The translations under genes and the position numbers were made by a program. Shown here in pieces: positions 1 through 11,800 of a DNA stretch of 64,000 nt. Where the stretch lies: assembly GCF_009914755.1 (NCBI RefSeq), contig NC_060945.1. One strand, written 5' to 3'. Numbering within the stretch: the stretch's first letter is position 1; each line of letters starts with the position of its first letter. The notes under the pieces are model-generated. The model did not search any database. It was not told the origin of the DNA and saw only the letters and a list, made by a program, of their open reading frames with translations. This DNA is from the human T2T-CHM13v2.0 reference genome, Homo sapiens.

Positions 1-200
1 GAAAGGAACAGAATGGAATCAACACGAGTGGAAGGGAATGTAATGGAATGGAATGGAATCAACCCGAGTGGAATGGAATGGAATGGAATGCAATGGAATG
101 AAACGGAATATAATGGAATGGAATGGAAATATCCCGAGTGGAATGGAATGGTATGGAAGGCAATGGATCGGAATGGAACAGAACGGAATGGAATGGAACG

Positions 201-296
201 GAATAGATTGAATCAGAGAGGAATTGAAAGGAGAGAAATGGATTGGAATGGAATGCAATGGATTCAACATTAGTTGAATGTCATGGATTGGAAAGG
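201..296 (+). repeat. Representative of a dispersed ~110-bp divergent module (GAATAGATTGAATC[A/C]GAGAGG...GGATTCAAC-N3/4-GTTGAAT[G/A]TCATGGATTGGAAAGG), ~35-40 copies in the window
   Basis: Copies start near 201, 966, 1515, 1925, 2600, 4010, 4998, 5385, 7280, 7825, 8285, 10500, 11320, 12745, 13545, 15400, 16180, 19040, 19855, 22855, 23655, 25563, 28965, 30506, 33055, 36481, 39840, 41476, 44024, 44981, 48753, 51810, 54075, 58580, 60366, 62875 and 63687. Confidence 0.9.
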
Positions 297-3200
297 AATG
301 GAATGGAATGGAATGGAATGGAATGGAGTGGAATCAACACGAATGGAATGGAACGGAATGGAATGGAAAGGAATGGAATGGAAAGGAATGGAATGGAATG
401 GAAAGGAAACAACACGAATAGAATGGAACGGAATGGGAGGGAATGCTGTGGAATGGAATGGAATGGAATGAAATAAACAGGAATAGAATGGAACGAAATA
501 AACACGAATAGAATGGAACGGAATGGAATGGAATGGAATGGAATGCAGTGAAAAGGAAAGGAATGGAATGGAATTAACCCGAGGGGAATTGAATGGAATG
601 GAAAGGAATCAACCCGAGTGGAATGAAATGGAATGTAATTCAATGGAATGGAGCGGAATCAACTTGAGTGGAATGGAATGGAATGGAATGGAATGGAATG
701 GAATGGAATGGAATGGAAAGGAATGGAATGGAAAGGAATGGAATGGAATGCAATGGAATGGAATGGAATGGAATCAACCTGAATGGAATGGAACGGAATT
801 TAAAGGAAAGGAATGGAAAGGAATGGAATGGAATGGAAAGGAATGGAATGGAATGGAATGGAATGGAATGGAATGGAATGGAATGGAATGGAATCATCCC
901 GAGTGGAATGGAATGGTATGGAATGCAATGGAATGGAAAGGAACAGAACGGAAAGGAATGGAATAGAATAGATTGAATCCGAGAGGAATTGAATGGAGTG
1001 GAATGGATTGGAACGGAATGCAAGGGATTCAACCCAGTTGAATGTCCTGTATTGGAAAGGAGTGGAATGGAATGGAATGGAAAGGAGTGGAATGGAACGG
1101 AATGGAATCAACACAAATGGAATGGAACGGAATGGAATGGAATGGAATGGAATGCAAAGGTATGGAATCAACCCGAGTGGAATGGAGTGGAATGGAATGG
1201 AATGGAATGGAATGGAATGGAATGGAGGGCAATGGAATGGAATGGATTGGAATGGAATGGAATGGAATGGAGTGGAGTGGAAGGCAATGAAATGGAATGG
1301 AATGGAATGGAAGGGAACGGAACGGAATGCAATTATATGGCATGGAATGAGCCCGAATGGAATGGAATGGAATCAACCCGAGTGGAATTGAATGGAATGG
1401 AATGCAATGGAATGAAACGGAATATAATGGAATGGAATGGAAACATACCGAGTGGAATGGAATGGTATGGAATGCAATGGAACGGAATGGAACAGAACGG
1501 AATGGAATGGAATGGAATAGATTGAATCAGAGAGGATTTGAATGGAGAGGAATGGATTGGAATGGAATGCAATGGATTCAACCCTAGTTGAATGTCATGG
1601 ATTGGAAAGGAATGGAACGGAATGGAATGGAATGGAGTGTAATGGAATAGAATCAACTCGAGTGGAATGGAATTTAATGGAATAGAGTGGAATGGAAATG
1701 AATTGAATGGAATGGAATGGAATGGAATGGAATGGAATGGAATGGAATCAACCCTAATGGAATGGAATGGAATGGTATGGAATCAAACCGAGTGGAATGC
1801 AATGGATTCGAATGCAATGGAATGAAAGAGAATATAATGGAATGGAATGGAAACATCCCGAGTGGAATGGAATGGTATGGAATGCAATGGAACGGAATGG
1901 AACAGAACGGAATGGAATGGAACGGAATAGATTGAATCAAAGAGGATTTGAATGGAGAGGAATGGATTAGAATGGAATGCAATGAATTCAACCCTAGTTG
2001 AATGTCATGGATTGGAAAGGAATGGAATGGAATGGAATGGAGTGGAATCAACACGAAAGGAATGGAACGGAATGGAACGGAATGGAATGGAATGGAATGG
2101 AATGGAATGGAAACAACACGAATAGAACGGAACGGAATGGAATGGAATGCTGTGGAATGGAATGGAATGGAATGAAATTAACACGAATAGAATGGAACGG
2201 AATGGAATGGAATGGAATGGAATGGAATGGAATGGAATGGAATGGAATGGAATGGGGTGAAATGGAAAGCAACGGAATGGAATTAACCCAAGTGGAATTG
2301 AATGGAATGGAAAAGAATCAACCCGAGTGGCATGAAATGGAATGTAATGCAATGGAATGGAGCGGAATCAACCTGTGTAGAATGGAATGGAATGGGATGG
2401 AATGGAATGCAATGGAATGGAATGAAATGGAATCAACCCGAATGGAATGGAACGGAATGGAATGGAAAAGAATGGAGTGGAAAGGAATGGAATGGAGTGG
2501 AATGGAATGGAATGGAATGGAATGGCATCATCCAGAGTGGAATGGATTGGTATGGAATGCAATGGAATGGAATGGAACAGAACGGAAAGGAATGGAATGG
2601 AATAGATTGAATCCGAGAGGAGTTGACTGGAGTGGAATGTATTGGAACGGAATGCAAGGGATTCAACCCAGTTGAAAGTCAAGGATTAGAAAGGAATGGA
2701 ATGGAATGGAATGGAAAGGAGTGGAATGGAATGCAATGGAATCAACACGAATGGAATGGAACGGAATGGAAACGAATGGAATGGAATGGAATGGAATGGA
2801 ATGGAATGGAATGGAATGGAAACAACACGAATGGAATGGAACGGAACGGAAGGGAATGGAATGCTGTGGAATGGAAAGAATTGTAATGAAATATACACGA
2901 ATAGAATGGAACTTAATTGATTGGAAAGGAATGGAATGGAAAGGAATGGAATGGAATGGAATGGAATGAAACGGAAAGGAACGGAATGGAATTAACCCGA
3001 GTGGAACGGAATGGAATGGAAAGGAATCAACCCGAGTGGAATGAAATGGAATGTAATGCAATGGAATGGAGCGGAATCAACCTGAGTCGAATGCAATGGA
3101 ATGGAATGGAAAGGAGTGGAATGGAATGGAATGGAATGGAAAGAAATGGAATGGAATGGAACGGAATGGAATCCAATGGAATCAAGTGGAATGGAATAGC

Positions 3201-6200
3201 ATAGAATGGAATGGAATAGAATGGAATCAACCAGAACGGAATGTAATTGAAAGGAATGGAATGGAATGGAATGGAATGCTATGGAATCAACCCGAGTGGA
3301 ATGGAATGGAATGGAATGGAATGGAATGGAATGGAGTGGAATGGAATGGAATTGAATGGAGTGGAATGGAATGGAATGGAATGGATTGGATTGGAATAGA
3401 ATGGAGTGGAATCAACACGAATGTAATGAAATGGAATGGAATGGGAAGGTATGGAATCAACCCGAGTGGAATGGAATGGAATGGAATGGAATGGAATGGA
3501 ATGGAATGGAGTTGAATCGAGTTGAATGGAAGGCAATGGTATGGAATGGAAAGGAATGGAATGGAATGGAACTGAACGGAATTGAATTGAATGGCATGGA
3601 ATGAAGCCGAATGGAATGGAATGGAATGGAATGGAAAGGAATGGAATGGAATGGAATGAAATAGAATCAACTCGAGTGGAATGGAATGTAATGGAATGGA
3701 GTGGAATGGAATGGAATGGAGTGGAATGTAATGGAATTGAATGGAATGGAATGGAATGGAATGGAAAGGAATGGAATCAGCCTGAATGAAATGGAATGGA
3801 ATGGAATGGAATGGAATGGAAAGGCCTGGAATCAACCCGAATGGAATGGAACGGAGTGGAATGGAAAGGAATGGAATGGAATGGAATAGTATGGAATCAA
3901 CGAGAATGGAATGGAATGGAATGGAAAGGAATGGAATCATCCCGAGTGGAATGGAATGGTATAGAATGCAATGGAATGGAATGGAACAGAACGGAAAGGA
4001 ATTGAATGGAATAGATTGAATCCGAGAGGAATTGACTGGAGTGGAATGGATTGGAATGGAATGCAAGGGATTCAACTCAGTTGAATGTCATGGATTGGAA
4101 AGGAGTGGAATGGAATGGAATGGAAAAGAGTGGAATGGAATGGAATGGAATCAACACGAATGCAACGGAATGGAATGGAATGGAATGGAATGGAATGGAA
4201 AGGAATGGAAAGGAATGGAATCCAATGGAATCAAGTGGAATGGAATAGCATAGAATGGAATGGAATAGAATGGAATCAACCAGAACGGAATGGAATGGAA
4301 TGGAATGGAATGGAATGGAGTGGAATGGAAGGCAATGGAATGGAATGGAATGGAATGGAATGGAATGGAATGGAACTGAACGGAATGGAATTGAATGGCA
4401 TGGAATGAACCCGAATGGAGTGGAATGGAATAGAATGGAATGGAATGGAATGAAATAGAATCAACTCGAGTGGAATGGAATGTAATGGAATGGAGTGGAA
4501 TGGAATGGAATGGAATGGAATGGAATGGAATGGAATCAGCCTGAATGGAATGGAATGGAATGGAATGGAATTGAAGGGCATGGAATCAACCCGAGTGGAA
4601 TGCAATGGAATGGAATTCAATGGAATGGAATGGAATGGAATGGTATGGAATCAACCCGAGTGGAATATTATCGAATGGAATGGAATGGAACGGAATGGAA
4701 GGGAATAAAATGTAATTGAATGGAATGGAATCAACCGGAGTGGAATGGAATGGAATGGAGTGTAATGGTATGTAATGGAATGGAATGGAATTAAACGGAA
4801 AGGAACGGAATGGAATCAACACGAGTGGAAGGGAATGGAATGGAATGGAATGGAATCAACCCGAGTGGAATGGAATGGAATGGAATGCAATGGAAAGAAA
4901 CGGAGTATAATGGAACGGAATGGAAACATCCCGAGTGGAATGGAATGGTATGGAATGCAATGGAACGGAATGGAACAGAACGGAATGGAATGGAATGGAA
5001 TAGATTGAATCAGAGAGGAATTGAATGGAGTGGAATGGATTGCAATGGAATGCAATGGATTCAACCCTAGTTGAATGTCATGGATTGGAAAGGAATGGAA
5101 CGGAATGGAATGGAATGGAGTGGAATGGAATAGAATCAACACGAGTGGAATGGAATTTAATGGAATAGAGTGGAATGGAATGGAATGGAATGGAATGGAA
5201 TGGAATGGAATTGAATGGAATGGAATGGAATGGAATGGAATGGAATTGAATGGAATGGAATGGAATGGAATGGAATCAAACCTAATGGAATGGAATGGAA
5301 TGTTGTGGAATCAACCCTAGTGGAATGCAATGGAATCGAATGCAATGGAATGGCATGGAACAGAACAGTAAGTAATGGAATGCAATAGATTGACTCTGAG
5401 AGGAATTGACTGGAGTGGAATGGATTGGAATGGAATGCAAGGGATTCAACCCAGTTGAATGTCATGGATTGGAAAGGAGTGGAATGGAATGGTATGGAAA
5501 GCAGTGGAATGGAATGGAATGGTATCAACACGAATGGAATGGAACGGAATGGAATGGAATGGAATGGAATGGAATGGAATTGAATGGAATGGAATGGAAT
5601 GGAATAGAATGGAAACAACACGAATGGAATGGAAGGGAACGGAATGGAATGGAATGCCGTGGAATCCAAAGGAATGGAATGAAATAAAAACAAATAGAAT
5701 GGAACGGAATGGAATGGGAAGGAATGGAATGGAATGGATTGGAATGGAATGCAAGGGATTCAACCCATTTGAATGTCATGGATTGGAAACTAATGGAATG
5801 GAATGGAATGGAAAGGAGTGGAGTGGAATGGAATGGAATGGAATGGAATGGAATGGAATGGAATGGAATGGAATGGAATGGATTCAACCAGAATGGGATG
5901 GAATGGAATGGAATAGAATGGAATCAACCAGAGTGGATTGGAATGGAATGGAATGCAATTGAATTGAACGAAATAAAATGGATTTGAATGGAGTCATCCC
6001 GAGTGGAATGGGATTGTATGGAATGCAGTGGAATGGAATGGAACAGAATGGAAAGGAATGGAATCAATAGATTGAATCCGAGTGGAATTGAATGGAATGG
6101 AATGGATTGGAATGGAATGGAATGGATTAAAATGTAAAGGAATTCTTTCAAACCAATTGGAATGTCATGGATTGGAATGGAGTGGAATGGAATGGAATGG

Positions 6201-8694
6201 AATGGAAAGGAATGGAGTGGAGTGGAGTAAACACCAGTGGAATGAAACGGAATGGAATGAAATAGAATGTAATGGAATGGAATGGAATGAACCCGAATGG
6301 AATGGAATGGAATGGAATGAAATCAACTCGAGTGGAATGGAAAGGAATGGAATGGAATTGAATGGAATGGAAAGGAATGGAATCAACTGCAATGGAATGA
6401 AATGGAATGGAATGGAGTGTAATGGAATGGAATGCAATGGAATCAACCCGAGTTTAATGCAACGTAATGGAATGGAATGGAATGGAATGCAATGGAATGG
6501 AATGGAATCAACCCGAGTGGAGTGGAATAAAATTGAATTGAATGGAATGGAATTAACCCGAGTGGAACGGAATGGAATGGAATGGAATGGAATGGAATCA
6601 ACCCGAATGGAGTGTAATGGAATGGAATGGAATGGAATGGAATGGAATGGAAAGGAATGGAATTGAATTAAATGGAAAGGAATGGAATCATCTGTAATTG
6701 AATGAAATGGAATGGAATGAAATGGAATGGAATGGAATCAACCCGAGTGGAGTGAAATAAAATGGAATGGAATGGAATGGAATCCACCCGAGTGGAACAG
6801 AATGGGATGGATCCGAATGGAATGGAATGGAATGCAATGGCATGGATTGGAATGGAATGGCATGGAATCAACCCGAGTGTAATGGAATGGAATGGACTTC
6901 AATGGAATGGAATGGTATGGAATCAACCCGAGTGCAATATTATCGAATGGAATGGAATGGAATGGAATGGAATGGAAAGGAATGGAATAAAATATAATGG
7001 AATGGAATGGAATTAACCGGAGTGGAATGGAATGGATTGCAGTGGAATGGAATATAACGGAAAAAATGGAATTAAATGGAAAGGAACAGAATGGAATCAA
7101 CACGAGTGGAAGGGAATGTAATGGAATGTAGTGGAATCAACCAAAGTGGAATGGAATGGAATGGAATGCAATGGAATGAAACGGAATATAATGGAAAGGA
7201 ATGGAAACATCCCGAGTGGAATGGAATGGTATGGAATGCAATGGAACGGAATGGAACAGAACGGAATGGAATGGAATGGAATAGATTGAATCAGACAGGA
7301 ATTGAATGGAGAGGAATGGATTGGAATGGAATGCAATGGATTCAAACATAGTTGAATGGAATGGAATGGAATGGAATGGAAAGGAATGGAATGGAATGGA
7401 ATGGAATGGAGTGGAATGGAATGGAGTGGAATCAACACGAATGGAATGGAATGGAATGGAATGGAATGCAATGGAATGGAATGGAATGGAATGGAAACAA
7501 CACAAATAGAATGGAACGGAATGGAATGGAATGCTGTGGAATGGAATGGAATGGAATGAAATAAACACGAATAGAATGGAACGGAATGGAATGGAATGGA
7601 ATGGAGTGAAATGGAAAGGAACTGAATGGAACTAACCCGAGTGGAATTGAATGGAATGGAAAGGAATCAACCCGAGTGGAATGAAATGGAATGTAATGCA
7701 ATGGAATGGAGCGAAATCCACCTTAGTGGAATGGCATGGAATGGAATGGAATGGAATGGAATGGAATGGAATGGAATGCAATGCAATGGAATGGAATGGA
7801 ACAGAACGGAAAGGAATGGAATGGAATAGATTGAATCCGAGAGTAATTGACTGGAGTTGAATGGATTGGAATGGAATGCAAGGGATTCAACTCAGTTGAA
7901 TGTCATGGATTGGAAAGGAGTGGAATGGAATGGAATGGAAAGGAGTGGAATGGAATGGAATGGAATCAACACGAATGGAATGGAACGGAAAGGAATGGAA
8001 TGGAATGGAATGGAAACAACACGAGTGGAATGGAACGGAACGGAATGGAATGGAATGCTGTGGAATGGAATGGAATGGAATGAAATAAACACGAATAGAA
8101 TGGAACGCAATGGAATGGAAAGGAATGGAATGGAATGGAATGGAATGGAATGGAATGGAATGGAACGGAATCAAACCTAATGGAATGGAATGGAATGGAA
8201 TGTTGAGGAATCAACCCGAATGGAATGCAATGGAATCGAATGCAATGGAATGGCATGGAACAGAACGGTAAGTAATGGAATGCAATAGATTGAATCCGAG
8301 AGGAATTGACTGGAGTGGAATGGATTGGAATGGAAAGCAAGGGATTCAACCCAGTTGAATGTCACGGATTGGAAAGGAGTGGAATGGAATGGAATGGAAA
8401 GCAGTGGAATTAAATGGAATGGTATCAACACGAATGGAATGGAACGGAATGGAATGGAATGGAATTGAATTGAATGGAATGGAATGGAATGGAACGTAAT
8501 GGAATGGAATGCTGTGGAATCCAATGGAATGGAATGAAATAAAAACGAATAGAATGGAACGGAATGGAATGGAAAGGAATGGAATGGAATGGATTGGAAT
8601 GGAATGCAAGGGATTCAACCCAGTTGAATGTCATGGATTGCAAAGGAGTGGAATGGAATGGAATGGAAAGGAGTGGAATGGAATGGAATGGAAT

Positions 8695-8870
8695 CAACAA
8701 GGTTGGAAAGGAACGGAATGGAATGTAATGGAAACAACACGAACGGAATGGAACGGAACGGAATGGAATGGAATGGAATGGAATCAACAAGGTTGGAAAG
8801 GAACGGAATGGAATGTAATGGAAACAACACGAATGGAATGGAACGGAATGGAATGGAATGGAATGCTGTG
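8695..8870 (+). repeat. Local 90-bp tandem duplication
   Basis: CAACAAGGTTGGAAAGGAACGGAATGGAATGTAATGGAAACAACACGAA occurs at 8695 and 8785. I did not see this motif elsewhere in the window. Confidence 0.9.
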
Positions 8871-11800
8871 GAATGGAAAGAATTGGAACGAAATAAACAC
8901 GAATAGAATGGAACAGAATGCAATGGAATGGAATGGAATGGAATGGAATGGAATGAAATGGAAAGGAACGGAATGGAATTAACCCGAGTGGAACGGAATG
9001 GAATGGAAAGGAATCAACCCGAGTGAAATGAAATGGAATGTAATGCAATGGAATGGAGCGGAATCAACCTGAGACGAATGCAATGGAATGGAATGGAAAG
9101 GAGTGGAATGGAAAGGAATGGAATGGAATGCAATGGGATGCAATGGAACGGAATGGAATCCAATGGAATCAACTGGAATGGAATAGCATAGAATGGAATG
9201 GAATGGAATGGAATCAATCCGGGAGGAATGGAATGGAATGTATGGAGTGGAATAGAATAGAATGGAGCGGAATGGAATGGAACGGAATGCAGTGGAATTT
9301 AATCAAATGGAATCAACCCGAATGGAATGGAACGGAATGGAATGGAAAGGAATGGAATGAAATGGAAAGGAATGGAATGGAATGGAATGGAATGGAACGG
9401 AATCAACCCGAATGGCATGGAATGGGATGGAATGGAATGGAATGGAATGCAATGGAATGCTCTGGAATCAACCCGAGTGTAAGGGAAATGCATGGAATGG
9501 AATGGAATGGAATGGAATCAACCCAAGTGCAATGGAATGGAATGGAATGCAACGGAATCAACCCGAGTTGAATGGAATGGAAAGGAATGGTATGAAATGG
9601 AATGGAAAGGAATGGAATGGAATCAACCCGAATGGAATGTAATGGAATGGAAAGGAATGAATGGAATGGAATTGAATGGAATGCAATGGAATGGTATGGA
9701 ATCAACCCGAGTGGAATGGAATGGAATGGAATGGAATAGAATGGAATGGAATGGAATGGAATGCAATGGAATAGAATGGCATGGAAACGAACGGAATGGA
9801 ATGGAATGGAATGGAATGGAATGGAATGGAATGGAAAGGAATGGAATGGAATTTAAATGAACCTGAATGGAATGGAATGGAAAGGAATGCAATGGAATAA
9901 AATGGAATGGAATGAACCCGAATGGAATGGAATGGAATGGAATGGAATGGAATGGAATGGAATGGAAACAACACGAATGGAATGGAACGGAAAGGAATGG
10001 ATTGGAAAGCTGTAGAATGGAAAAAATTGGAATGAAATACACACGAATAGACTGGAACGGAATGGAATGGAAAGGAATGGAATGGAGTGGAATGGAATGG
10101 AATGGAATGGAATGGAATGGAATGGAAACAACACGAATAGAATGGAACGGAATGTAATGGAATGCTGTGGAATGGAATGGAATGGAATGAAATAAACACG
10201 AATAGAATGGAACGGAATGGAATGGAATGGAATGGAATGGAATGGAATGGAATGGAGTGAAATGGAAAGGAACGGAATGGAATTAACCCGAGTGGAATTG
10301 AATGGAATTGAAAGGAATCAACCCGAGTGGAATGAAATGGAATGTAATGCAATGGAATGGAGCGGAATCAACCTGAGTGAAATGGAATGGAATGGAATGG
10401 AATGGAATGCAATGGAACGGAATGGAAAGGAATGGAATGGAATCATCCCGAGTGGAATGGAATGGAATGGAATGGAACAGAACGGAAAGGAATGGAATGG
10501 AATAGATTGAATCCGAGAGGAATTGACTGGAGTGGAATGGATACGAACGGAATGCAAGGGATTCAACCCAGTTGAATATCATGGATTGGAAAGGAGTGGA
10601 ATGGAATGGAATGGAAAGGAGTGCAATGGAATGGAATGGAATCAACACGAATGGAATGGAACGGAATGGAATGGAATGGAATGGAATGGAATGGAATGGA
10701 ATGGAATGGAAACAACACGAATGGAATGGAACGGAACGGAATGGAATGGAATGCTGTGGAATGGAAAGAATTGGAATGAAATAAACACGAATAGAATGGA
10801 ACGGAATGGAATGGAAAGGAATGGAATGGAATGGAATAGAAACAACACGAATAGAATGGAACGGAATGTACTGGAATGCTGTGGAATGGAATGGAATGGA
10901 ATGAAATAAACACGAATAGAATGGAACGGAATGGAATGGAATGGAATGAAATGGAATGGAATGGAGTGAAATGGAAAGGAACGGATTGGAATTAACCCGA
11001 GTGGAATTCAATGAAATGGAAAGGAATCAACTCGAGTGGAAAGAAATGGAATGTAATGCAATGGAATGGAGCGGAATCAACCTGAGTGTAATGGAATGGA
11101 ATGGAATGGAATGGAATGGAATGGAATGCAATGGTATGAAATGGAATGCAATGGAATGGAATCAACCCGAATGGAATGGAACGGAATGGAATGGAAAGGA
11201 ATCGAATGGAATGGAATGAAATGGAATGGAATGGAATGGAATGGGAACATCCCGAATGGAATGGAATGGTATGGAATGCAATGGAATGGAATGGAACAGA
11301 ACGGAAAGGAATGGAATGGAATAGATTGAATCCGAGAAGAATTGACTGGAGTGGAATGGATTGGAATGGAATGCAAGGGATTCAACCCAGTTAAACGTCA
11401 TGGATTGGAAAGGAGTGGAATGGAATGGAATGGAAAGGAGTGGAATGGAATGGAATGGAATGGAATCAACACGAATGGAATGGAACGGAATGGAATGAAA
11501 TGGAATGGAATGGAATGGAATGGAACGGAACGCAATGGAAGGGAATGGAATGAAATAAACACGAATAGAATGGAACGGAATGGAAGGGAAAGGAATGGAA
11601 TGGAATGCAATGGAATGGAATGGAAAGAAATGGAGAGGAACGGAATGGAATTAACTTGAGTGGAACGGAATGGAATGGAAAGGAATCAACCCGAGTGGAA
11701 TGAAATGGAATGTAATGCAATGGAATGGAGCAGAATCAACCTGAGACGAATGCAATGGAATGGAATGGAAAGGAGTGGAATGGAATGGAATGGAATGGTA

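Noticed and set aside
5366-5376. Splice-donor-like CAG/GTAAGT motifs (also ~8268, ~58029)
   Set aside because: These are isolated matches with no polypyrimidine tract or acceptor on this purine-rich strand and no exon context. They are explained as point variants of GGAAAGGAAT.
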